A stretch of 64,000 bases of DNA from Eledone cirrhosa (taxonomy: Eukaryota), in the NCBI GenBank assembly GCA_964016885.1, contig OZ024749.1, positions 19,530,001 to 19,594,000 of the forward strand, written 5' to 3'. The translations under genes were made by a program, and so were the position numbers. The notes under the pieces were generated by a model, which ran no database searches, was not told the origin of the DNA, and saw only the letters and a program-made list of their open reading frames with translations. This document shows, in pieces, positions 16,690 through 31,790 of the stretch (within the stretch, counting starts at the first letter, position 1; the number at the start of each line of letters is the position of its first letter).

Positions 16690-19600
16690 TACACTGTTAA
16701 TGACTGTATTTACACTATCTATACATTGTTAATGACTGTATTTACACTATCTATACACTGTTAATGACTGTATTTACACTATCTATACACTGTTAATGAC
16801 CGTATTTACACTATCTATACATTGTTAATGACTGTATTTACACTATCTATACACTGTTAATGACTGTATTTACACTATCTATACACTGTCAATGACTTTA
16901 TTTACACTATCTATACACTGTTAATGACTGTATTTACACTATCTATACACTGTTAATGACTGTATTTACACTATCTATACACTATTAATAACTGTATTTA
17001 CACTATCTATACACTGTTAATGACTGTATTTACACTATCTATACACTGTTAATATCTGTATTTACACTATCTATACACTGTTAATAAATGTATTTACACT
17101 ATTTATATACTGTTAATAACTGTATTTACACTATCTATACACTGTTAATGACTGTATTTACACTATCTATACACTGTTAATGACTGTATTTACACTATCT
17201 ATACACTGTTAATAACTGTATTTACACTATCTATACATTGTTAATAACTGTATTTACACTATCTATACACTGTTAATGATTGTATTTACACTATCTATAC
17301 ACTGTTAATGACTGTATTTACACTATCTATACACTGTTAATAACTGTATTTACACTATTTATACACTGTTAATAACTGTATTTATACTATCTATACACTG
17401 TTAATGACTGTATTTACACTATCTATACACTGTTAATGACTGTATTTACACTATCTATACACTGTTAATGACTGTATTTACACTATCTATACACCGTTAA
17501 TGACTGTATTTACATTATCTATACACTGTTAATGACTGTATTTACACTATCTATACACCGTTAATGACTGTATTTACATTATCTATACACTGTTAATGAC
17601 TGTATTTACACTATCTATACACTGTTAATGACTGTATTTACACTATCTATACACTGTTAATAACTGTATTTACACTATCTATACACTGTTAATGACTGTA
17701 TTTACACTATCTATACACTGTTAATAACTGTATTTACACTGTTAATAACTGTATTTACACTGTTAATGACTGTATTTACACTATCTATACATTGTTAATG
17801 ACTGTATTTACACTATCTATACACTGTTAATGACTGTATTTACACTATCTATACACTGTTAATAACTGTATTTACACTATCTATACACTGTTAATAACTG
17901 TATTTACACTATCTATACACTGTTAATGACTGTATTTACACTATCTATACATTGTTAATGACTGTATTTACACTATCTATACACTGTTAATGTCTGTATT
18001 TACACTATTTATACACTGTTAATAACTGTATTTACACTATCTATACACTGTTAATGACTGTATTTACACTATCTATACACTGTTAATGACTGTATTTACA
18101 CTATCTATACACTGTTAATGACTGTATTTACACTATCTATACATTGTTAATGACTGTATTTACACTATCTATACACTGTTAATGACTGTATTTACACTAT
18201 CTATACACTGTTAATGACTGTATTTACACTATCTATACACCGTTAATGACTGTATTTACATTATCTATACACTGTTAATGACTGTATTTACACTATCTAT
18301 ACACCGTTAATGACTGTATTTACATTATCTATACACTGTTAATGACTGTATTTACACTATCTATACACTGTAAATAACTGTATTTACACTATCTATACAT
18401 TGTTAATAACTGTATTTACACTATCTATACACTGTTAATGACTGTATTTACACTATCTATGCACTGTTAATGACTGTATTTACACTATCTATACACTGTT
18501 AATGACTGTATTTACACTATCTATACATTGTTAATGACTGTATTTACACTATCTATACACTGTTAATAACTGTATTTACACTATCTATACACTGTTAATG
18601 ACTGTATTTACACTATCTATACATTGTTAATGACTGTATTTATACTATCTATACATTGTTAATGACTGTATTTACACTATCTATACACTGTTAATGACTG
18701 TATTTACACTATCCATACATTGTTAATGACTGTATTTACACTATCTATACACTGTTAATGACTGTATTTACACTATTTATATACTGTTAATAACTGTATT
18801 TACACTATCTATACACTGTTAATGACTGTATTTACACTATCTATACACTGTTAATGACTGTATTTACACTATCTATACACTGTTAATAACTGTATTTACA
18901 CTATCTATACATTGTTAATGACTGTATTTACACTATCTATACACTGTTAATGACTGTATTTACACTATCTATACACTGTTAATGACTGTATTTACACTAT
19001 CTATACACTGTTAATAACTGTATTTACACTATCTATACACTGTTAATAACTGTATTTACACTATCTATACACTGTTAATGACTGTATTTACACTATCTAT
19101 ACATTGTTAATGACTGTATTTACACTATCTATACACTGTTAATGTCTGTATTTACACTATTTATACACTGTTAATAACTGTATTTACACTATCTATACAC
19201 TGTTAATGACTGTATTTACACTATCTATACACTGTTAATGACTGTATTTACACTATCTATACACTGTTAATGACTGTATTTACACTATCTATACACTGTT
19301 AATGACTGTATTTACACTATCTATACATTGTTAATGACTGTATTTACACTATCTATACACTGTTAATGACTGTATTTACACTATCTATACACTGTTAATG
19401 ACTGTATTTACACTATCTATACATTGTTAATGACTGTATTTACACTATCTATACACTATTAATGACTGTATTTACACTATCTATACACTGTTAATGACTG
19501 TATTTACGCTATCTATACACTGTTAATGACTGTATTTACACTATCTATACACTGTTAATGACTGTATTTACACTATCTATACACTGTTAATGACTGTATT

Positions 19601-22600
19601 TACACTATCTATACACTGTTAATGACTGTATTTACACTATCTATACACTGTTAATGACTGTATTTACACTATCTATACACTGTTAATAACTGTATTTACA
19701 CTATTTATACACTGTTAATAACTGTATTTATACTATCTATACACTGTTAATGACTGTATTTACACTATCTATACACTGTTAATGACTGTATTTACACTAT
19801 CTATACACTGTTAATGACTGTATTTACACTATCTATACACCGTTAATGACTGTATTTACATTATCTATACACTGTTAATGACTGTATTTACACTATCTAT
19901 ACACCGTTAATGACTGTATTTACATTATCTATACACTGTTAATGACTGTATTTACACTATCTATACACTGTTAATGACTGTATTTACACCATCTATACAC
20001 TGTTAATAACTGTATTTACACTATCTATACACTGTTAATGACTGTATTTACACTATCTATACACTGTTAATAACTGTATTTACACTGTTAATAACTGTAT
20101 TTACACTGTTAATGACTGTATTTACACTATCTATACACTGTTAATGACTGTATTTACACTATCTATACACTGTTAATAACTGTATTTACACTATTTATAC
20201 ACTGTTAATAACTGTATTTATACTATCTATACACTGTTAATGACTGTATTTACACTATCTATACACTGTTAATGACTGTATTTACACTATCTATACACTG
20301 TTAATGACTGTATTTACACTATCTATACACCGTTAATGACTGTATTTACATTATCTATACACTGTTAATGACTGTATTTACACTATCTATACACTGTTAA
20401 TGACTGTATTTACACCATCTATACACTGTTAATAACTGTATTTACACTATCTATGCACTGTTAATGACTGTATTTACACTATCTATACACTGTTAATAAC
20501 TGTATTTACACTGTTAATAACTGTATTTACACTGTTAATGACTGTATTTACACTATCTATACATTGTTAATGACTGTATTTACACTATCTATACACTGTT
20601 AATGACTGTATTTACACTATCTATACACTGTTAATGACTGTATTTACACTATCTATACACTGTTAATGACTGTATTTACACTATCTATACACTGTTAATG
20701 ACTGTATTTACACTATCTATAGATTGTTAATGACTGTATTTACACTATCTATACACTGTTAATGACTGTATTTACACTATACACTGTTAATGACTGTATT
20801 TACACTATCTATACACTATTAATGACTGTATTTACACTATCTATAGACTGTTAATGACTGTATTTACACTATCTATACACTGTTAATGACTGTATTTACA
20901 CTATCTATACACTGTTAGTGACTGTATTTACACTATCTATACACTGTTAATGACTGTATTTACACTATCTATACACCGTTAATGACTGTATTTACGCTAT
21001 CTATACACTGTTAATGACTGTATTTACACTATCTATACACTGTTAATGACTGTATTTACACTATCTATATACTGTTAATGACTGTATTTACACAATCTAT
21101 ACATTGTTAATGACTGTATTTACACTATCTATACACTGTTAATGACTGTATTTACACTATCTATACACTGTTAATGACTGTATTTACACCATCTATACAC
21201 TGTTAATGACTGTATTTACACTATCTATACACTGTTAATGACTGTATTTACACTATCTATACACCGTTAATGACTGTATTTACATTATCTATACACTGTT
21301 AATGACTGTATTTACACTATCTATACACCGTTAATGACTGTATTTACATTATCTATACACTGTTAATGACTGTATTTACACTATCTATACACTGTAAATA
21401 ACTGTATTTACACTATCTATACATTGTTAATAACTGTATTTACACTATCTATACACTGTTAATGACTGTATTTACACTATCTATGCACTGTTAATGACTG
21501 TATTTACACTATCTATACACTGTTAATGACTGTATTTACACTATCTATACATTGTTAATGACTGTATTTACACTATCTATACACTGTTAATAACTGTATT
21601 TACACTATCTATACACTGTTAATGACTGTATTTACACTATCTATACATTGTTAATGACTGTATTTATACTATCTATACATTGTTAATGACTGTATTTACA
21701 CTATCTATACACTGTTAATGACTGTATTTACACTATCCATACATTGTTAATGACTGTATTTACACTATCTATACACTGTTAATGACTGTATTTACACTAT
21801 TTATATACTGTTAATAACTGTATTTACACTATCTATACACTGTTAATGACTGTATTTACACTATCTATACACTGTTAATGACTGTATTTACACTATCTAT
21901 ACACTGTTAATAACTGTATTTACACTATCTATACATTGTTAATGACTGTATTTACACTATCTATACACTGTTAATGACTGTATTTACACTATCTATACAC
22001 TGTTAATGACTGTATTTACACTATCTATACACTGTTAATAACTGTATTTACACTATCTATACACTGTTAATAACTGTATTTACACTATCTATACACTGTT
22101 AATGACTGTATTTACACTATCTATACATTGTTAATGACTGTATTTACACTATCTATACACTGTTAATGTCTGTATTTACACTATTTATACACTGTTAATA
22201 ACTGTATTTACACTATCTATACACTGTTAATGACTGTATTTACACTATCTATACACTGTTAATGACTGTATTTACACTATCTATACACTGTTAATGACTG
22301 TATTTACACTATCTATACACTGTTAATGACTGTATTTACACTATCTATACATTGTTAATGACTGTATTTACACTATCTATACACTGTTAATGACTGTATT
22401 TACACTATCTATACACTGTTAATGACTGTATTTACACTATCTATACATTGTTAATGACTGTATTTACACTATCTATACACTATTAATGACTGTATTTACA
22501 CTATCTATACACTGTTAATGACTGTATTTACGCTATCTATACACTGTTAATGACTGTATTTACACTATCTATACACTGTTAATGACTGTATTTACACTAT

Positions 22601-25600
22601 CTATACACTGTTAATGACTGTATTTACACTATCTATACACTGTTAATGACTGTATTTACACTATCTATACACTGTTAATGACTGTATTTACACTATCTAT
22701 ACACTGTTAATAACTGTATTTACACTATTTATACACTGTTAATAACTGTATTTATACTATCTATACACTGTTAATGACTGTATTTACACTATCTATACAC
22801 TGTTAATGACTGTATTTACACTATCTATACACTGTTAATGACTGTATTTACACTATCTATACACCGTTAATGACTGTATTAACATTATCTATACACTGTT
22901 AATGACTGTATTTACACTATCTATACACCGTTAATGACTGTATTTACATTATCTATACACTGTTAATGACTGTATTTACACTATCTATACACTGTTAATG
23001 ACTGTATTTACACTATCTATACACTGTTAATAACTGTATTTACACTATCTATACACTGTTAATGACTGTATTTACACTATCTATACACTGTTAATAACTG
23101 TATTTACACTGTTAATAACTGTATTTACACTGTTAATGACTGTATTTACACTATCTATACATTGTTAATGACTGTATTTACACTATCTATACACTGTTAA
23201 TGACTGTATTTACACTATCTATACACTGTTAATGACTGTATTTACACTATCTATACACTGTTAATGACTGTATTTACACTATCTATACACTGTTAATGAC
23301 TGTATTTACACTATCTATAGATTGTTAATGACTGTATTTACACTATCTATACACTGTTAATGACTGTATTTACACTATACACTGTTAATGACTGTATTTA
23401 CACTATCTATACACTATTAATGACTGTATTTACACTATCTATAGACTGTTAATGACTGTATTTACACTATCTATACACTGTTAATGACTGTATTTACACT
23501 ATCTATACACTGTTAACGACTGTATTTACACTATCTATACACTGTTAATGACTGTATTTACACTATCTATACACCGTTAATGACTGTATTTACGCTATCT
23601 ATACACTGTTAATGACTGTATTTACACTATCTATACACTGTTAATGACTGTATTTACACTATCTATATACTGTTTAATGACTGTATTTACACAATCTATA
23701 CATTGTTAATGACTGTATTTACACTATCTATACACTGTTAATGACTGTATTTACACTATCTATACACTGTTAATGACTATTTACACCATCTATACACTGT
23801 TAATGACTGTATTTACACTATCTATACACTGTTAATGACTGTATTTACACTATCTATACACTGTTAATGACTGTATTTACACTATCTATACACCGTTAAT
23901 GACTGTATTTACACTATCTATACACTGTTAATGACTGTATTAACATTATCTATACACTGTTAATGACTGTATTTACACTATCTATACACCGTTAATGACT
24001 GTATTTACACTATCCATACACCGTTAATGACTGTATTTACACTATCTATACACTGTTAATAACTGTATTTACACTATCTATACACTGTTAATAACTGTAT
24101 TTACACTATCTATACATTGTTAATAACTGTATTTACACTATCTATACACTGTTAATGACTGTATTTACACTATCTATACACTGTTAATGACTGTATTTAC
24201 ACTATCTATACATTGTTAATGACTGTATTTACACTATCTATACACTGTTAATGACTGTATTTACACTATCTATACATTGTTAATGACTGTATTTACACTA
24301 TCTATACACTGTTAATGACTGTATTTACACTATCTATACACTGTTAATGACCGTATTTACACTATCTATACATTGTTAATGACTGTATTTACACTATCTA
24401 TACACTGTTAATGACTGTATTTACACTATCTATACACTGTCAATGACTTTTATTTACACTATCTATACACTGTTAATGACTGTATTTACACTATCTATAC
24501 ACTGTTAATGACTGTATTTACACTATCTATACACTATTAATAACTGTATTTACACTATCTATACACTGTTAATGACTGTATTTACACTATCTATACACTG
24601 TTAATATCTGTATTTACACTATCTATACACTGTTAATAAATGTATTTACACTATTTATATACTGTTAATAACTGTATTTACACTATCTATACACTGTTAA
24701 TGACTGTATTTACACTATCTATACACTGTTAATGACTGTATTTACACTATCTATACACTGTTAATAACTGTATTTACACTATCTATACATTGTTAATAAC
24801 TGTATTTACACTATCTATACACTGTTAATGATTGTATTTACACTATCTATACACTGTTAATGACTGTATTTACACTATCTATACACTGTTAATAACTGTA
24901 TTTACACTATTTATACACTGTTAATAACTGTATTTATACTATCTATACACTGTTAATGACTGTATTTACACTATCTATACACTGTTAATGACTGTATTTA
25001 CACTATCTATACACTGTTAATGACTGTATTTACACTATCTATACACCGTTAATGACTGTATTTACATTATCTATACACTGTTAATGACTGTATTTACACT
25101 ATCTATACACCGTTAATGACTGTATTTACATTATCTATACACTGTTAATGACTGTATTTACACTATCTTATACACTGTTAATGACTTGTATTTACACTAT
25201 CTATACACTGTTAATAACTGTATTTACACTATCTATACACTGTTAATGACTGTATTTACACTATCTATACACTGTTAATAACTGTATTTACACTGTTAAT
25301 AACTGTATTTACACTGTTAATGACTGTATTTACACTATCTACTACATTGTTAATGACTGTATTTACACTATCTATACACTGTTAATGACTGTATTTACAC
25401 TATCTATACACTGTTAATAACTGTATTTACACTATCTATACACTGTTAATAACTGTATTTACACTATCTATACACTGTTAATGACTGTATTTACACTATC
25501 TATACATTGTTAATGACTGTATTTACACTATCTATACACTGTTAATGTCTGTATTTACACTATTTATACACTGTTAATAACTGTATTTACACTATCTATA

Positions 25601-28600
25601 CACTGTTAATGACTGTATTTACACTATCTATACACTGTTAATGACTGTATTTACACTATCTATACACTGTTAATGGACTGTATTTTACACTATCTATACA
25701 TTGTTAATGACTGTATTTACACTATCTATACACTGTTAATGACTGTATTTACACTATCTATACACTGTTAATGACTGTATTTACACTATCTATACACCGT
25801 TAATGACTGTATTTACATTATCTATACACTGTTAATGACTGTATTTACACTATCTATACACCGTTAATGACTGTATTTACATTATCTATACACTGTTAAT
25901 GACTGTATTTACACTATCTATACACTGTAAATAACTGTATTTACACTATCTATACATTGTTAATAACTGTATTTACACTATCTATACACTGTTAATGACT
26001 GTATTTACACTATCTATGCACTGTTAATGACTGTATTTACACTATCTATACACTGTTAATGACTGTATTTACACTATCTATACATTGTTAATGACTGTAT
26101 TTACACTATCTATACACTGTTAATAACTGTATTTACACTATCTATACACTGTTAATGACTGTATTTACACTATCTATACATTGTTAATGACTGTATTTAT
26201 ACTATCTATACATTGTTAATGACTGTATTTACACTATCTATACACTGTTAATGACTGTATTTACACTATCCATACATTGTTAATGACTGTATTTACACTA
26301 TCTATACACTGTTAATGACTGTATTTACACTATTTATATACTGTTAATAACTGTATTTACACTATCTATACACTGTTAATGACTGTATTTACACTATCTA
26401 TACACTGTTAATGACTGTATTTACACTATCTATACACTGTTAATAACTGTATTTACACTATCTATACATTGTTAATGACTGTATTTACACTATCTATACA
26501 CTGTTAATGACTGTATTTACACTATCTATACACTGTTAATGACTGTATTTACACTATCTATACACTGTTAATAACTGTATTTACACTATCTATACACTGT
26601 TAATAACTGTATTTACACTATCTATACACTGTTAATGACTGTATTTACACTATCTATACATTGTTAATGACTGTATTTACACTATCTATACACTGTTAAT
26701 GTCTGTATTTACACTATTTATACACTGTTAATAACTGTATTTACACTATCTATACACTGTTAATGACTGTATTTACACTATCTATACACTGTTAATGACT
26801 GTATTTACACTATCTATACACTGTTAATGACTGTATTTACACTATCTATACACTGTTAATGACTGTATTTACACTATCTATACATTGTTAATGACTGTAT
26901 TTACACTATCTATACACTGTTAATGACTGTATTTACACTATCTATACACTGTTAATGACTGTATTTACACTATCTATACATTGTTAATGACTGTATTTAC
27001 ACTATCTATACACTATTAATGACTGTATTTACACTATCTATACACTGTTAATGACTGTATTTACGCTATCTATACACTGTTAATGACTGTATTTACACTA
27101 TCTATACACTGTTAATGACTGTATTTACACTATCTATACACTGTTAATGACTGTATTTACACTATCTATACACTGTTAATGACTGTATTTACACTATCTA
27201 TACACTGTTAATGACTGTATTTACACTATCTATACACTGTTAATAACTGTATTTACACTATTTATACACTGTTAATAACTGTATTTATACTATCTATACA
27301 CTGTTAATGACTGTATTTACACTATCTATACACTGTTAATGACTGTATTTACACTATCTATACACTGTTAATGACTGTATTTACACTATCTATACACCGT
27401 TAATGACTGTATTTACATTATCTATACACTGTTAATGACTGTATTTACACTATCTATACACCGTTAATGACTGTATTTACATTATCTATACACTGTTAAT
27501 GACTGTATTTACACTATCTATACACTGTTAATGACTGTATTTACACCATCTATACACTGTTAATAACTGTATTTACACTATCTATACACTGTTAATGACT
27601 GTATTTACACTATCTATACACTGTTAATAACTGTATTTACACTGTTAATAACTGTATTTACACTGTTAATGACTGTATTTACACTATCTATACACTGTTA
27701 ATGACTGTATTTACACTATCTATACACTGTTAATAACTGTATTTACACTATTTATACACTGTTAATAACTGTATTTATACTATCTATACACTGTTAATGA
27801 CTGTATTTACACTATCTATACACTGTTAATGACTGTATTTACACTATCTATACACTGTTAATGACTGTATTTACACTATCTATACACCGTTAATGACTGT
27901 ATTTACATTATCTATACACTGTTAATGACTGTATTTACACTATCTATACACTGTTAATGACTGTATTTACACCATCTATACACTGTTAATAACTGTATTT
28001 ACACTATCTATGCACTGTTAATGACTGTATTTACACTATCTATACACTGTTAATAACTGTATTTACACTGTTAATAACTGTATTTACACTGTTAATGACT
28101 GTATTTACACTATCTATACATTGTTAATGACTGTATTTACACTATCTATACACTGTTAATGACTGTATTTACACTATCTATACACTGTTAATGACTGTAT
28201 TTACACTATCTATACACTGTTAATGACTGTATTTACACTATCTATACACTGTTAATGACTGTATTTACACTATCTATAGATTGTTAATGACTGTATTTAC
28301 ACTATCTATACACTGTTAATGACTGTATTTACACTATACACTGTTAATGACTGTATTTACACTATCTATACACTATTAATGACTGTATTTACACTATCTA
28401 TAGACTGTTAATGACTGTATTTACACTATCTATACACTGTTAATGACTGTATTTACACTATCTATACACTGTTAGTGACTGTATTTACACTATCTATACA
28501 CTGTTAATGACTGTATTTACACTATCTATACACCGTTAATGACTGTATTTACGCTATCTATACACTGTTAATGACTGTATTTACACTATCTATACACTGT

Positions 28601-31600
28601 TAATGACTGTATTTACACTATCTATATACTGTTAATGACTGTATTTACACAATCTATACATTGTTAATGACTGTATTTACACTATCTATACACTGTTAAT
28701 GACTGTATTTACACTATCTATACACTGTTAATGACTGTATTTACACCATCTATACACTGTTAATGACTGTATTTACACTATCTATACACTGTTAATGACT
28801 GTATTTACACTATCTATACACCGTTAATGACTGTATTTACATTATCTATACACTGTTAATGACTGTATTTACACTATCTATACACCGTTAATGACTGTAT
28901 TTACATTATCTATACACTGTTAATGACTGTATTTACACTATCTATACACTGTAAATAACTGTATTTACACTATCTATACATTGTTAATAACTGTATTTAC
29001 ACTATCTATACACTGTTAATGACTGTATTTACACTATCTATGCACTGTTAATGACTGTATTTACACTATCTATACACTGTTAATGACTACACTATCTATA
29101 CATTGTTAATGACTGTATTTACACTATCTATACACTGTTAATAACTGTATTTACACTATCTATACACTGTTAATGACTGTATTTACACTATCTATACATT
29201 GTTAATGACTGTATTTATACTATCTATACATTGTTAATGACTGTATTTACACTATCTATACACTGTTAATGACTGTATTTACACTATCCATACATTGTTA
29301 ATGACTGTATTTACACTATCTATACACTGTTAATGACTGTATTTACACTATTTATATACTGTTAATAACTGTATTTACACTATCTATACACTGTTAATGA
29401 CTGTATTTACACTATCTATACACTGTTAATGACTGTATTTACACTATCTATACACTGTTAATAACTGTATTTACACTATCTATACATTGTTAATGACTGT
29501 ATTTACACTATCTATACACTGTTAATGACTGTATTTACACTATCTATACACTGTTAATGACTGTATTTACACTATCTATACACTGTTAATAACTGTATTT
29601 ACACTATCTATACACTGTTAATAACTGTATTTACACTATCTATACACTGTTAATGACTGTATTTACACTATCTATACATTGTTAATGACTGTATTTACAC
29701 TATCTATACACTGTTAATGTCTGTATTTACACTATTTATACACTGTTAATAACTGTATTTACACTATCTATACACTGTTAATGACTGTATTTACACTATC
29801 TATACACTGTTAATGACTGTATTTACACTATCTATACACTGTTAATGACTGTATTTACACTATCTATACACTGTTAATGACTGTATTTACACTATCTATA
29901 CATTGTTAATGACTGTATTTACACTATCTATACACTGTTAATGACTGTATTTACACTATCTATACACTGTTAATGACTGTATTTACACTATCTATACATT
30001 GTTAATGACTGTATTTACACTATCTATACACTATTAATGACTGTATTTACACTATCTATACACTGTTAATGACTGTATTTACGCTATCTATACACTGTTA
30101 ATGACTGTATTTACACTATCTATACACTGTTAATGACTGTATTTACACTATCTATACACTGTTAATGACTGTATTTACACTATCTATACACTGTTAATGA
30201 CTGTATTTACACTATCTATACACTGTTAATGACTGTATTTACACTATCTATACACTGTTAATAACTGTATTTACACTATTTATACACTGTTAATAACTGT
30301 ATTTATACTATCTATACACTGTTAATGACTGTATTTACACTATCTATACACTGTTAATGACTGTATTTACACTATCTATACACTGTTAATGACTGTATTT
30401 ACACTATCTATACACCGTTAATGACTGTATTAACATTATCTATACACTGTTAATGACTGTATTTACACTATCTATACACCGTTAATGACTGTATTTACAT
30501 TATCTATACACTGTTAATGACTGTATTTACACTATCTATACACTGTTAATGACTGTATTTACACTATCTATACACTGTTAATAACTGTATTTACACTATC
30601 TATACACTGTTAATGACTGTATTTACACTATCTATACACTGTTAATAACTGTATTTACACTGTTAATAACTGTATTTACACTGTTAATGACTGTATTTAC
30701 ACTATCTATACATTGTTAATGACTGTATTTACACTATCTATACACTGTTAATGACTGTATTTACACTATCTATACACTGTTAATGACTGTATTTACACTA
30801 TCTATACACTGTTAATGACTGTATTTACACTATCTATACACTGTTAATGACTGTATTTACACTATCTATAGATTGTTAATGACTGTATTTACACTATCTA
30901 TACACTGTTAATGACTGTATTTACACTATACACTGTTAATGACTGTATTTACACTATCTATACACTATTAATGACTGTATTTACACTATCTATAGACTGT
31001 TAATGACTGTATTTACACTATCTATACACTGTTAATGACTGTATTTACACTATCTATACACTGTTAACGACTGTATTTACACTATCTATACACTGTTAAT
31101 GACTGTATTTACACTATCTATACACCGTTAATGACTGTATTTACGCTATCTATACACTGTTAATGACTGTATTTACACTATCTATACACTGTTAATGACT
31201 GTATTTACACTATCTATATACTGTTAATGACTGTATTTACACAATCTATACATTGTTAATGACTGTATTTACACTATCTATACACTGTTAATGACTGTAT
31301 TTACACTATCTATACACTGTTAATGACTATTTACACCATCTATACACTGTTAATGACTGTATTTACACTATCTATACACTGTTAATGACTGTATTTACAC
31401 TATCTATACACTGTTAATGACTGTATTTACACTATCTATACACCGTTAATGACTGTATTTACACTATCTATACACTGTTAATGACTGTATTAACATTATC
31501 TATACACTGTTAATGACTGTATTTACACTATCTATACACCGTTAATGACTGTATTTACACTATCCATACACCGTTAATGACTGTATTTACACTATCTATA

Positions 31601-31790
31601 CACTGTTAATAACTGTATTTACACTATCTATACACTGTTAATAACTGTATTTACACTATCTATACATTGTTAATAACTGTATTTACACTATCTATACACT
31701 GTTAATGACTGTATTTACACTATCTATACACTGTTAATGACTGTATTTACACTATCTATACATTGTTAATGACTGTATTTACACTATCTA
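16690..31790. repeat. Tandem block duplication, 2 x ~7.55 kb
   Basis: Offset 7550-7557 for AATATCTG 17051/24603, AATAAATG 17083/24635, the variant G of GTTAGTG 20918/28475, GTTAACG 23512/31063, TATCCATACACCG 24011/31561, and four 21-mer doublets (17720/25274, 20066/27623, 20492/28049, 23090/30641). Confidence 0.92.
17720..17761. repeat. First of 16 doublets of a 21-bp deletion monomer (GTTAATAACTGTATTTACACT)2
   Basis: The monomer lacks the 11 bp ATCTATACACT. Doublets start at ~17720, 20066, 20492, 23090, 25274, 27623, 28049, 30641, 34540, 43045, 45711, 47797, 50239, 57758, 60168, 61998. Confidence 0.93.

Noticed and set aside
17083-17088. AATAAA polyadenylation signal (also ~24635, 33550, 37449, 38506)
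   Set aside because: These are single-base variants of the AATAAC monomer with no transcript context.
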